A stretch of 64,000 nt of DNA, from NCBI GenBank assembly GCA_965203555.1, contig CBDBCY010000004.1:864001-928000 (forward strand), read 5' to 3'. Every line of letters begins with the position of its first letter. Positions within the stretch are counted from its first letter, which is position 1. Below, piece after piece: positions 29,393 to 39,191 of this stretch. Under the pieces are notes generated by a model. The model saw only the letters and a program-made list of their open reading frames with translations. It did not search any database and was not told the origin of the DNA. A program made the translations under genes and the position numbers. Source of the stretch: Acidimicrobiia bacterium (lineage in GTDB: Bacteria; Actinomycetota; Acidimicrobiia; Spongiisociales; ZC4RG35).

Positions 29393-29695
29393 CTACCCCC
29401 CGGCGTAGAAAAGAAAAAACTCCGACACAGTTTCGGACACCCGCTCCACTTCGTCCGGCACCCATCCTCCCTTCCGCCGCACGGTCAAAGTGTTGGAAAG
29501 GGTGAAAACGCGGTTGATGCGGGGATCGAGGTCCATGAGACGAGCCGAGAGTTGAGCCGGGAAGGTATTCGCTGACCGGGCGATGTCCCGGTCCTCATAA
29601 CCTTCTCCGTCCTGTCCCCCCAGACTGCGATTGGTGTCGATCAACAGCACATCCCCCACCATTTGGGTGGAGAGAACCTCTATCAACTGTCCCAA
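29393..29695 (-). CDS. Small protein resembling the Nfu/NifU N-terminal domain
   Basis: ..LSARLMDLDPRINRVFTLSNTLTVRRKGGW.. matches the Nfu_N-like pattern; TTG start after GAAAGGG. Confidence 0.55.
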   Translation of the reverse strand: MGQLIEVLSTQMVGDVLLIDTNRSLGGQDGEGYEDRDIARSANTFPAQLSARLMDLDPRINRVFTLSNTLTVRRKGGWVPDEVERVSETVSEFFLFYAGG

Positions 29696-29816
29696 ATCAA
29701 CCCTTTCTTCGCCGCCCCGCATTCTAACGGCGCAGGCAGGACGGACAGACCTCGCAAACCGGGCCCTGAACTCGGATGAGCGGGGCTTCGGGAGCTGTCA
29801 ACCACAGCCCTGCCCC

Positions 29817-31289
29817 TTATCTTCTTCTGCGTGCCGCCGCTGCTTTTCGGTCCCGTCGGAAAGAGTTGCTGTAACGTTCTCCGATTGATTGGACCTTGAT
29901 CAGGTTGGTGGAGGCCGCCCGGTTGGGAGGGGTGCCCGCCACCATCACCACCAGTTCATCTCTTTGGCAGAACCCCTTTCTCTCCAACAACTTCTCCGCG
30001 GCGGCAAACATGAGGTCGGTGTGATCCCGGCGCACGAACGGGAAGGGAGTTACTCCCCAATAGAGTGCAGCCTGTCGCAAAGCGCGGAGCACCGGCGTGA
30101 GGGCAATAATGCGAGCCCGGGGACGGTACTTGGAGAGCAGCCGCGCCGTGGCGCCCGACTCTGTGAACGCCACCAGGGTATCAACACCCAGGTTGTGGGC
30201 GGCATCGACTGCCGAACGGGCCACCGCGGAAGCGGTGCCTCCTCCGGCAGTTATGTAGGGGACCGCCGGATCCCCTTCCGCTTTGAGGAGCTCCTTTTCT
30301 ATCTCCATGCAGATTTCCGACATCACCTCCGTCGCCCTGATCGGATATGCACCCACCGCCGTCTCAGCCGACAACATCACTGCATCGGTCCCGGCTGCCA
30401 CCGCGGTGGCGACATCGGTTACTTCCGCTCGGGTCGGCCGAGCAGAACGGGTCATCGACTCCAGCATCTCGGTGGCTGTGATAGCGATCAGACCGGCCCG
30501 ATTGGTCCGTCGCAGAATGTCCGCCTGCACTATGGGGAGTCGAGCCATCGGGAGTTGGACCCCCAGATCACCTCGAGCCACCATCACCCCCGCCGCCTCA
30601 GCCAAGATTTCGTCGAGGTTCTGGTAAGCGGTCGCCAACTCCACCTTGGCAATCACCGGCGCTCCGCCCGCCAAACCCTTGATCGTGCGAACGTCCTGGC
30701 CGGTGCGAACGAAAGAGGCGGCCACGTAGTCCACCCCCAATTCGATTCCGAATTCCAGGTCGCGGCGATCCTTGTCGGTGACCGCAGGCAATTGCAGGGT
30801 GCTCTCGGGGAAAGCCACCCCCTTCCCGCTCCAGAGTTCTCCACCCCAGGTCACTTCGCCGACCAGCCGATCCGGGTGATGTTCGACCACCGTCATCCTT
30901 ATCATTCCGTCCGACATCACCACCCTGTCTCCGTCATTGACGTCATCCAGCAGCCTGGAGTAATCAATCGGGATGGTTCGAGATTCCCTGGGCATCAGAC
31001 GTCCCGGGACCAGGTTGACCCGGTCCCCGTGTCGCAGTGCGATCCTCCCCTCTGCGATCTGCCCCACCCGCAGTTTGTGCCCCGAAATGTCCTGGAGAAC
31101 GGCCACCGTCTTCTCTTCGTCCTCACCGGCCTGTCTCACCCACTCCACAAATCGGCCATGAAGCTCATGATCCCCATAGGAGAAGTTCAGTCTGGCGACA
31201 TCCATCCCGGCGGCCACCAGTTCCCTGATCTTGTTGGGGGACGCCACTCCCGGCCCCAGGGTGGCCACGATCTTGGTGAATCTCTCCAT
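29817..31289 (-). CDS. pyk: Pyruvate kinase
   Basis: TKIVATLGP, GMDVARLNFS, MVARGDLG, MLESM, PTRAEVTDV, DAVMLSAETA. Confidence 0.96.
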   Translation of the reverse strand: MERFTKIVATLGPGVASPNKIRELVAAGMDVARLNFSYGDHELHGRFVEWVRQAGEDEEKTVAVLQDISGHKLRVGQIAEGRIALRHGDRVNLVPGRLMPRESRTIPIDYSRLLDDVNDGDRVVMSDGMIRMTVVEHHPDRLVGEVTWGGELWSGKGVAFPESTLQLPAVTDKDRRDLEFGIELGVDYVAASFVRTGQDVRTIKGLAGGAPVIAKVELATAYQNLDEILAEAAGVMVARGDLGVQLPMARLPIVQADILRRTNRAGLIAITATEMLESMTRSARPTRAEVTDVATAVAAGTDAVMLSAETAVGAYPIRATEVMSEICMEIEKELLKAEGDPAVPYITAGGGTASAVARSAVDAAHNLGVDTLVAFTESGATARLLSKYRPRARIIALTPVLRALRQAALYWGVTPFPFVRRDHTDLMFAAAEKLLERKGFCQRDELVVMVAGTPPNRAASTNLIKVQSIGERYSNSFRRDRKAAAARRRR

Positions 31290-31348
31290 GCCAGGTTCAA
31301 CGCTAACGAGCCGATGTGAACACCGCGATATCAATATCCGCAATCAAG

Positions 31349-32155
31349 TCAGCGTCGGAGCTCAAACACCTCGAAGCCATACAACCGCAGATTGGCTCTT
31401 CTCACCGACTCCCGACCGTCAGGGGATTGCAGCCACCGGACGAAAGCCTCCGCCGCCTCTGCCACCGGTGAATCCTTGACCGCCATGGCCCGGTAGGGGT
31501 TGTCCAACCCGGTCGGATCCACCATGGCGTCCACCAGACCAGCTGCTTTCTTTGCCGCCAGGAAGACACTCAACTCCACCAGGACGAAAGCTTTCCTCTG
31601 GGAGGCGACCTGCAGAGTGAGCCCCATGCCCTGGCGCGTTTGGATGTACCAGTCCCGACCGGTGGGGTCCAGACCTGCTTGGCGCCATATCAGGCGCTCT
31701 CTTTGAAACGTGCCGGACCCATCGGCCCGGCTGACGAACAGATGGCCCGCTTCGGCTATCTGCTGGAAAGCCCGGGCGGGGCTCAGTCCCTCAAGGGCCT
31801 GGGCCGCAGATGGGGGACCGGCCAGGACGAACCGGCTTGAAAACACCTCAACTGCCAGTTCAGTCCCCCCTTCGGCAATGAACCTCTCCTCTTCTTCAGG
31901 ATCGTGGGTGATCGTGATATCCACCGACCCGCTTCTCGCCAAGGCAAGCGCCCGGGCTGTGGGGGCGCCAACCACGCTGACTTTCACACCCCGACGCTGT
32001 GCTTCGTAATCGGAGACCACCCGCTCCAGCATCCTGCCATCCACCAAGGTAGTGCCCGCCGCCAACACCACCCGATTCTCCGTAGAAGAGCATCCCGCCC
32101 ATCCCACCGCCGCCAACACCAGGAATGCTGATATTCGCCACAGCAGGTTTTTCAC
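31349..32155 (-). CDS. tupA: Tungstate/molybdate ABC transporter substrate-binding lipoprotein
   Basis: Lipobox AGC; THDP, FVSRADGSGT, QGMG, NPY motifs; TTTS motif altered. Confidence 0.8.
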   Translation of the reverse strand: MKNLLWRISAFLVLAAVGWAGCSSTENRVVLAAGTTLVDGRMLERVVSDYEAQRRGVKVSVVGAPTARALALARSGSVDITITHDPEEEERFIAEGGTELAVEVFSSRFVLAGPPSAAQALEGLSPARAFQQIAEAGHLFVSRADGSGTFQRERLIWRQAGLDPTGRDWYIQTRQGMGLTLQVASQRKAFVLVELSVFLAAKKAAGLVDAMVDPTGLDNPYRAMAVKDSPVAEAAEAFVRWLQSPDGRESVRRANLRLYGFEVFELRR

Positions 32156-32156
32156 A

Positions 32157-33143
32157 TCAACCAGCGGTGAGCAATCGGACAGCAGATGCCTTCACCGCGG
32201 CTACTACCTCGGCGCCGACCTCCAACTCCATTTCGTCCATGGCTCCCGGAGTGATCACGGCCGTTACCTCCGCACTGCCCACCACCACCGTCAATTCCAC
32301 CCAGCGACCTCCCCGCCGTATCTCGCCGATCCTTCCCACCCACCGGTTGCGCAACGATCCCGCCGATCCACCGGTCCCCAGTATTGCCACCGACTCACCC
32401 CTAAACAACGCCCGGCAGGGGATGCCGGAAGCCACCGCCCCCACACCCCATATCCGGACGGAACCGACCTGCACGCTGGCAAAACCCGCCGATCGGGCAA
32501 GACCTACTCCTTCCCACAGATTGGAGACACCCACCACCGACGCCACCCTCGCATCATTGGGGCGGGACAACACTTCCCCAAGGCGGCCCTGCTGGCGAAG
32601 GCGTCCCTCAACCAGCACCGCAATGTGGGAGCCCAGCGCCGCCGCCGTCTCGAGATCGTGAGTGACGATCACCGCTCCCCTGTCCCCCACTGCTTCGGCT
32701 ATCACCCTGGACACCTCCGCCCGATCTTCGGCGTCGATCGGCGCCAGCGGTTCGTCCAACAGCACCCACCTTCCCGGGCCAGCCAGCACTCGGGCCAATG
32801 CGATTCTCTGCCGCTCCCCGCCGCTCAGGCGGCTTACCGGCTCGGCAAACCGGTCTCCCATACCCAGTCGACCAGCCAGTGCGGCCGCGTAAACAGCTTC
32901 CTCGGTTTCCAATCCGAGCCCCAGATTCCACCCGATTCCCCCTCGAAACAGATGCGGCGTTTGGGGAAGGTAAGAGACATCCCATTGCGGTCCTCCGTCA
33001 ATGGTTCCCGCCAACAGGCGAAGCAGAGTGGTCTTTCCCGATCCGTTGGGCCCGAACACCACTGTCCGGCGACCTTCAACCAGTTCCAATCCATCCAACT
33101 CCAAGAAGGGTTTGATGGCGGGATACCTGAGAGAGACCTTCAT
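32157..33143 (-). CDS. tupC: Tungstate/molybdate ABC ATP-binding protein with TOBE domain
   Basis: GPNGSGKTT, LSGGE, LLDEP, C-terminal TOBE (AVKASAV). Confidence 0.82.
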   Translation of the reverse strand: MKVSLRYPAIKPFLELDGLELVEGRRTVVFGPNGSGKTTLLRLLAGTIDGGPQWDVSYLPQTPHLFRGGIGWNLGLGLETEEAVYAAALAGRLGMGDRFAEPVSRLSGGERQRIALARVLAGPGRWVLLDEPLAPIDAEDRAEVSRVIAEAVGDRGAVIVTHDLETAAALGSHIAVLVEGRLRQQGRLGEVLSRPNDARVASVVGVSNLWEGVGLARSAGFASVQVGSVRIWGVGAVASGIPCRALFRGESVAILGTGGSAGSLRNRWVGRIGEIRRGGRWVELTVVVGSAEVTAVITPGAMDEMELEVGAEVVAAVKASAVRLLTAG

Positions 33144-33832
33144 CTGTCCCGTCCCCCCAACCGGTCCACAACAAAATTCACCACCATCGAGATCACCAGA
33201 AGGATCAATCCAGCCGCCATCGCTGCCCCGAACCTGGCCTGGCGGGACTCCTCAACTATCAAAGTGGTGAGGACCCGGGTCTCCCCCACGATGTTCCCAC
33301 CCACCACCAAGACGGCGCCTACCTCGGCCACCACCCGTCCGAAACAGGCTGCCACAGCCGCCGCGACGCCGGCTCTGGCTTCCCGAACCGCCACCACCCC
33401 CCGGGCGATCCGACCAAGAGGCAGGGCCGCCAACTGCTCCCTCGCAGCCGCCCCCAAGCCCCTGATCGACCCCGCTGTCACTCCCGCCGCAATCGGGGTA
33501 GCCAACACCACCTGTGCGATCACCATGGCGGTGGGGGTAAAGATCAGGCCCAGACTTCCCAGCGGACCTGACCTCCAGAACACCAGCAGCAAGAGCAGTC
33601 CGGCCAGAACCGGGGGAAAACCCATTCCCACACTCACCGCCACACGAAGCGCTCCTTTTCCTCGAAACCGTCCCAGCGCCAGAACCGTGCCAAGTGGCAC
33701 CCCTAACACGACCCCGATCAGGGTGGACAATACCGAGACGATCAAGGTGAGGGCCACCACAGTCCACAGTTGAGGATCTACCTCTGCCAGATTTCGGACT
33801 GCCTCGACCAGCACTTCCCAAAGAAACTTCAT
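33140..33832 (-). CDS. tupB: Tungstate ABC transporter permease
   Basis: RSGPLG.LGLIFTP.AMVIAQ, FGRVVAEVGA, GGNI.GETRVLTT. Confidence 0.88.
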   Translation of the reverse strand: MKFLWEVLVEAVRNLAEVDPQLWTVVALTLIVSVLSTLIGVVLGVPLGTVLALGRFRGKGALRVAVSVGMGFPPVLAGLLLLLVFWRSGPLGSLGLIFTPTAMVIAQVVLATPIAAGVTAGSIRGLGAAAREQLAALPLGRIARGVVAVREARAGVAAAVAACFGRVVAEVGAVLVVGGNIVGETRVLTTLIVEESRQARFGAAMAAGLILLVISMVVNFVVDRLGGRDR

Positions 33833-33847
33833 CTTGACTCCCGGAGG

Positions 33848-33967
33848 TCAATGCTGGTCGGCAGCACGACCTGGGCCGGTGCGGACCGAATGCGCCAACC
33901 AGACAAATGTCCCGGTGGTGATGACCGCAAGTCCACAGATCAGGAACAGATAGATCCCGGTGCGCAT
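33848..33967 (-). CDS. 39-aa single-TM small protein upstream of tupB (not in the ORF track)
   Basis: MRTGIYLFLICGLAVITTGTFVWLAHSVRTGPGRAADQH*; TAGCAT -10-like box 8 nt before the ATG; stop 15 nt before tupB. Confidence 0.5.
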   Translation of the reverse strand: MRTGIYLFLICGLAVITTGTFVWLAHSVRTGPGRAADQH

Positions 33968-34127
33968 GGCGCCGAATGCTACCTATCAGGAAGGATGTTC
34001 AGAACCGGGTGGGACCATCTCACCTCAGTAGCCTGCCAGATCCCCAGGGCGAGACGGTTGAGCAAAGCAACAGTCAGGATGATCCTCTAAAGTTAACGTT
34101 TAGTCAAGCAGGAATATTGGAGCCCGA

Positions 34128-35408
34128 TTGTCCAAAGAGGCCAAAACCAAACGCAATCCGAAGCGGATAGCAGGAATCCTGTTGTTCATTGTGGCGTTGG
34201 GCGCCCTGACCGTGCGGGAACTGATCTCAAGACCGCCTCCTTCGCCTTGGGACGACGGGCGCCTAACCGTGGGAACTCTTCTTCCGCTCACCGGCGACCT
34301 GGCTTCTTTTGGCCCGACACTGACCGCCGCGGCCCGGTTGGCAATAGGAGACATCAATGCGGCGGGTGGGATTCTGGGTGCCGAAGTCCTCCTACACGAG
34401 GCGGATTCAGGCGATCTGAGCCAGGACATCGCCAACCCCGAAGTGGACAGGTTGCTGGGTTTAGGGGTGGATGTGATAGTGGGCGCCGCAAGTTCTGCAG
34501 TCTCCAAACTGGTCATCGACAAGATCACCGGCGCCGGGGTGATCCAGTTCGCCCCATCCAATACTTCTCCTGATTTCACCTCCTACCCCGATAGCGGTCT
34601 CTACTTCCGGACCGCGCCACCCGATCTGCTGCTCTCTGCGATGATGGCGCAATTAATGGCCTCGGAAGGTGCCGAGACGGTTGGGGTGATCTACCGGCAG
34701 GAATCCTATGGAACCGGCCTGGCTGTTGCCTTCCGAGACAGTTTCGAGGATTTGGGGGGCACAATCGATCCGTTTGTCGCATACGCCCCCGGCACGGACA
34801 GTTTCGATGCCGAAGTGGATCTGCTCGTCTCTTCAGATCCTGACGCTGTCTTCATCATCGCCTTTGAGGAGGCAGGCGCGATCGTAACGACCATGCACGA
34901 GAGAGGAATCGGGCCTACCTCCGACACCAATGTCTACGGAACCGCTGGTCACATCTCCAGCATCGGCCAAGCCGTCTCTGATCCTTCCATCCTCAGCGGA
35001 ATGCGCGGCGCGGAGAATTCGGTGGATCTGCGAAAGATCCGGATCTTCACCGACCGGCTCGAAGGCGCTTGGGACGGTGGATTGGACGGGTTCTACACCT
35101 ATGGGGCGGAGACCTACGACGCGGTCATCATAGTCGCCCTGGCCGCCGAGATGGCCCGCTCCACCGCGCCCGCGGTAATCGCCAAGAAAATCAACGACGT
35201 GACCCGGAACGGCCAAAAGTGCTTCAGCTTCAGCGAATGCCTGGAGGTGATCTTCTCCGGCGGCGATCCCGACTATGACGGGTTCGGCGGGCAGTACGAG
35301 TTCGTGGACGTCGGCGAACCCTCGGTTGCGAATGTCCGGATCATGACCTACGACGGAGGGGATCGCCCGAACCCTACCCTCGACGAATACACCACCTACG
35401 GAGGCTAG
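34128..35408 (+). CDS. Branched-chain amino acid-type ABC substrate-binding protein (orphan)
   Basis: GTLLPLTGDLA, INAAGG, IVGAASS, YFRTAPPD, ETYDAV; N-terminal TM. Confidence 0.88.
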   Translation: MSKEAKTKRNPKRIAGILLFIVALGALTVRELISRPPPSPWDDGRLTVGTLLPLTGDLASFGPTLTAAARLAIGDINAAGGILGAEVLLHEADSGDLSQDIANPEVDRLLGLGVDVIVGAASSAVSKLVIDKITGAGVIQFAPSNTSPDFTSYPDSGLYFRTAPPDLLLSAMMAQLMASEGAETVGVIYRQESYGTGLAVAFRDSFEDLGGTIDPFVAYAPGTDSFDAEVDLLVSSDPDAVFIIAFEEAGAIVTTMHERGIGPTSDTNVYGTAGHISSIGQAVSDPSILSGMRGAENSVDLRKIRIFTDRLEGAWDGGLDGFYTYGAETYDAVIIVALAAEMARSTAPAVIAKKINDVTRNGQKCFSFSECLEVIFSGGDPDYDGFGGQYEFVDVGEPSVANVRIMTYDGGDRPNPTLDEYTTYGG

Positions 35409-35437
35409 GCCGATCCCTTCGCATCTGGGATCGAACC

Positions 35438-35584
35438 TCAAAGGCGGGCAGACAGAGTCTTGTTGACCGCCCTCGGGTCCGCCCTGCAAGAAGTCGCCCT
35501 CATCACTTGGCCGACCAGGAAACCTTGAACTTTCTTCTCCCCGGATCGGTAACGCTGCACCGCCTCCGGGTGGGCGGCCATCAC
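35438..35584 (-). repeat. Displaced duplicate of the gatB 3' end (att-like)
   Basis: 35499-35584 matches 37810-37895 at 84/86 nt; the remainder encodes RATSCRADPRAVNKTLSARL* vs gatB RATSGRADPRAVNKILSIQLQ*. Confidence 0.9.
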
Positions 35585-35667
35585 TTCCTCCACCGCCACG
35601 CCCTTCGCCACTCAACCACAAACTCCAAGAGGCTGGAGGGTGGTATCTTTGGGCCGTAGGAACAGCA

Positions 35668-36924
35668 ATGCTATTACGATTCGAGGTCGCGAACCACCGC
35701 TCAATTCTTGACCGAACAGGGCTATCCCTGATTGCCTCAAATGAAAACCGGACAGGAGTACGAAACTTCGAACACCTGTCCGAGTCTGTTCTGACGGTGG
35801 CAGGAATATATGGCGCCAACGCTTCCGGTAAGTCAAACACCCTTGAGGCTCTGGCGTGGCTCTCCACCGCCGTCTGGGGATCTCTTTTGGGATGGGATGA
35901 TCATGTGCCGCGGGATCCTCACCGTTTCGGAAGTGGTCCCAGTACGCCTTCCAGGTTTGATATCGACATCGCAATAGACGGTATTCAACACTGGTACCAG
36001 CTTGAGGTGGACGACACCAGTATTCTGCGTGAAAGTCTTTGGCGACTCCATGCCGGCGAGGAACAAGTAATCTTCGACCGCAACCGCGATTCATTTACCT
36101 CCCACGAAGGATTATCCAGAACAACAGGTATCAAAGAATTGCTTACTCCTACCACACTTGCCCTCTCGGCCGGTACGAGGCTCAGGGATCCCGCCCTACA
36201 CAAATTGGGTCGAATTCTTGGGAACTTCCACACACTCGGAATCAGGTACCGGCCCGGCATCTGGCGGTTCAACCGCCCACCCAGATCCTCGCTATATCTC
36301 TTTCAAAGAGAAGAGCAACGACGCCTACCCTACGGCTCACTCTCGTCAAATAGCAAAGCAACTGCTATTGAACTGCTCCGTTTTGCTGATCCAGGAATCC
36401 AAGCAGTCGAGGTGATCGGGCCGAATGGTGAAGGACGAAGACACCCTAGACGTCGACCAGTATTCCATCACTCCCAGGGAACGAACGTTGTCACATTCGA
36501 GAAACAAGAAGAGTCCCGTGGCACCCAAACATGGTTTGATCTTCTCGGACCGGTCCTCTCTGCGCTTATTGAAGGCCAAGTCTTGTTGTTTGACGAAATT
36601 GACGCCAGCCTTCACCCACGACTGTCAGCCCGACTGATTGACCTCTTCCGGGATCCGGAAACTAATCCCCACGGAGCTCAAATGCTATTTACCAGCCACG
36701 ACACTTCCCTACTGAACGTTCTGCACGATGACGAAGTCTGGTTGACCGACAAAGAGGTCAATGGTACAACTGACATCGTAGCGCTGGCAGACTACCGTCT
36801 TGACAGGGAACAGGTTTCCACCAATATCGAAGCAGCCTATTTGCAGGGGCGGTTCGGCGCCGTTCCCAGGGTTGATGATTATGATGTACAGAGGGCTCTG
36901 GAACTGCTGTTTCCGGAGGCGTAA
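35668..36924 (+). CDS. RloA/AbiLi-like ABC-type (AAA_21) ATPase
   Basis: MLLRFEVANHRSI, IYGANASGKSN, ESRGT, LLFDEIDASLHP, AQMLFTSHD, YLQGRFGAVP. Confidence 0.9.
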   Translation: MLLRFEVANHRSILDRTGLSLIASNENRTGVRNFEHLSESVLTVAGIYGANASGKSNTLEALAWLSTAVWGSLLGWDDHVPRDPHRFGSGPSTPSRFDIDIAIDGIQHWYQLEVDDTSILRESLWRLHAGEEQVIFDRNRDSFTSHEGLSRTTGIKELLTPTTLALSAGTRLRDPALHKLGRILGNFHTLGIRYRPGIWRFNRPPRSSLYLFQREEQRRLPYGSLSSNSKATAIELLRFADPGIQAVEVIGPNGEGRRHPRRRPVFHHSQGTNVVTFEKQEESRGTQTWFDLLGPVLSALIEGQVLLFDEIDASLHPRLSARLIDLFRDPETNPHGAQMLFTSHDTSLLNVLHDDEVWLTDKEVNGTTDIVALADYRLDREQVSTNIEAAYLQGRFGAVPRVDDYDVQRALELLFPEA

Positions 36925-36944
36925 TGGCAGGATCTTCCTAGGAC

Positions 36945-37541
36945 ATGGCTCGGAATAGGTCACTCAGACGTCCCCCTAAACATCGTCTCCCCAAGCGACT
37001 TTTCCTAATCTTCTGCGAAGGGAAAAGAACCGAGCCTCAATATATAAAAGGTTTGGGTCAAGTTCCGGAAATTCGAACCATCGCTTCTCTCGAAAGGGGA
37101 AAGTCAAATTCGGATCCTGCAAGCTTGGTGCGGCAGGCCATCAAAGCTCGCAACAGCCCGTACTATAACACCCACGAGATATGGTGTTTGTTCGATGTTG
37201 AATGGCCCGCAAGACCCAATCTACTAGAAACGGTTCGCTTTGCCCGCAGTAAAGGCATCCAATGCGCCGTATCAAATCCTTGTTTTGAACTATGGCTCAT
37301 TTTACACTTCAAAGACTTGCACAAGAGCCTTACAGTGGATCGTGCCGTTGAATTGCGCCAGGAGCACGACAAGAGCGTGGACAAGAGCGTGGATCCGGAG
37401 TTGTATATGGACCGACGTGACCAGGCCGCTACTCGCGCCCGTCGACTGGATGCCAAACATACGGAGGAGGAGAGGAGCTTCCCAAAAGACAACCCCTCAT
37501 CGGGGATGTACAAGCTACTGGACGCGTTCACCCACCCTTAG
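36945..37541 (+). CDS. RloB family protein (AbiLii-like, TOPRIM-type)
   Basis: IFCEGKRTEPQY, WCLFDVE, SNPCFELWLILHF, NPSS. Confidence 0.9.
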   Translation: MARNRSLRRPPKHRLPKRLFLIFCEGKRTEPQYIKGLGQVPEIRTIASLERGKSNSDPASLVRQAIKARNSPYYNTHEIWCLFDVEWPARPNLLETVRFARSKGIQCAVSNPCFELWLILHFKDLHKSLTVDRAVELRQEHDKSVDKSVDPELYMDRRDQAATRARRLDAKHTEEERSFPKDNPSSGMYKLLDAFTHP

Positions 37542-37745
37542 CAGTCGAACGGGAGACACTCCGGACGTTGACGCTCGTGCAAAGTGTTCCGAATAGGAAT
37601 AGCGGAGAGTCTTCGGGGTGGAACGAACCACAGCCTCCCGCAAGTAGCGGGTTTCCGCAAGAAGGAGAGCTCCCTGGCAAAGAAGACTCGTCATGATGTC
37701 AGCGTCTGGCCCGGCATGGGTCGATGCGGAGACCCGGTTATTCGG

Positions 37746-39191
37746 TTATTGCAGTTGGATGGAGAGTATCTTGTTCACAGCCCTGGGATCGGCCCGACCG
37801 GACGTGGCTCTCATCACTTGGCCGACCAGGAAACCTTGAACTTTCTTCTCCCCGGATCGGTAACGCTCCACCGCCTCAGGGTGGGCGGCCATCACCGCAG
37901 CGACAACGCTTTCCAGGGCCCCCTGATCGGAAATCTGTTCCAGGTTGCGGGCCCGGGCCACCTGCTCAGGTGTTCCCTCCCCGTCCATCACTCCCTCCAA
38001 CACCTCCCGGGCCGCGCTGGAGGACACCCGCCCTTCGCTCAACATGCGGGTCAGGGCTGCCAGGTATTCACCCCGCAGCGGAACTTCATCCACCGAGACC
38101 TCGCGACGACGCAGAGACGCGGTTATTTCGCCCGTCACCCAGTTGGCGGCCGCAACCGGCGCCGCCCCCGACGCCAGAGCGTCCTCGAATAGTCCTCGCA
38201 GATCCGGATCCGATGCAGCCAGAACCCGGGCCGAGGAGGGGTTCAGTCCCAGGTCCCGGTACCGTTTCCGCCGCTGAGCGGGAAGTTCGGGAATCTCGGA
38301 TCGGACCGCTTTCACCCATGACTCGTCGAAGACCATGGGCGCCAGGTCCGGCTCGGTGAAGTAGCGGTAATCAGAGCTTTCCTCCTTGGTGCGCATCCCA
38401 TGGGTGATACCCGCCGATTCATCCCAATGCCGGGTCTCCATCACCACCCTTTCCCCCGCATCACGCAACGCCACCTGCCGATCCACCTCCGCCCGTATCG
38501 CCTTTTCCAGGGAGCGAAAAGAGTTCATGTTCTTGATCTCGACTTTCACTCCCAGCTTTTCGCTGCGCTCGGGTCGGATCGAGACATTGGCGTCAAAGCG
38601 AACCGAGCCCCGCTCCAGGCGGGCGTCGGACACCCCCGTCTCCGCCACCACCGCTCGCAGTTCCTGGGCGTAGGACCGGGCGTCGGCTGCGCTTTTCAGG
38701 TCGGGACGAGACACAATCTCAACCAGGGGCGTCCCGGCCCGGTTGAAGTCCACCAGTGTCTCGGCCGCGGTGTGGATTCTCCCTCCCTCCCCCACGTGGA
38801 CGGACTTGCCGGTGTCCTCCTCCATGTGAACCCGCTCGATTCCCACCCGCAAAGACCCCTGATCGGACTCCACATCCAGCCATCCGTCCACGCACACCGG
38901 TATATCGAATTGGCTGATCTGATAGTTCTTGGGCAGGTCGGCGTAGTAGTAGTTCTTGCGGTGAAAGACCGAACTGGGATTTATCCGGCAGTTGAGAGCC
39001 AGTCCCAACCGGACGATCCGATCGATAGCCTCCCGGTTGGGCACGGGAAGGGATCCCGGCAGCGCAAGGCACACCGGGCAGACGTTGGTGTTGGGGGGAT
39101 CGCCGAACGAGACCCGGCACCCGCAAAACATCTTGGAAGCGGTGTCCAACTCCACATGCACCTCGATGCCGATCACCGGCGTCCACTTCAT
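37746..39191 (-). CDS. gatB: Asp-tRNA(Asn)/Glu-tRNA(Gln) amidotransferase subunit B
   Basis: IGIEVHVEL, RKNYYYADLPKNYQISQ, HMEEDTGK, EIKNMNS, YRYFTEPDL. Confidence 0.98.
   Translation of the reverse strand: MKWTPVIGIEVHVELDTASKMFCGCRVSFGDPPNTNVCPVCLALPGSLPVPNREAIDRIVRLGLALNCRINPSSVFHRKNYYYADLPKNYQISQFDIPVCVDGWLDVESDQGSLRVGIERVHMEEDTGKSVHVGEGGRIHTAAETLVDFNRAGTPLVEIVSRPDLKSAADARSYAQELRAVVAETGVSDARLERGSVRFDANVSIRPERSEKLGVKVEIKNMNSFRSLEKAIRAEVDRQVALRDAGERVVMETRHWDESAGITHGMRTKEESSDYRYFTEPDLAPMVFDESWVKAVRSEIPELPAQRRKRYRDLGLNPSSARVLAASDPDLRGLFEDALASGAAPVAAANWVTGEITASLRRREVSVDEVPLRGEYLAALTRMLSEGRVSSSAAREVLEGVMDGEGTPEQVARARNLEQISDQGALESVVAAVMAAHPEAVERYRSGEKKVQGFLVGQVMRATSGRADPRAVNKILSIQLQ

Larger units (their letters stand above)
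35499..37895. mobile_element. 2.3-kb islet (RloA/RloB) bounded by gatB-derived direct repeats
   Basis: 86-bp direct repeats 2311 bp apart; interior visibly lower in GC; no integrase present. Confidence 0.7.

Noticed and set aside
33968-34127. Moco/Tuco riboswitch upstream of tupBCA
   Set aside because: No recognisable conserved motif or stem pattern by eye; a covariance-model search would be needed
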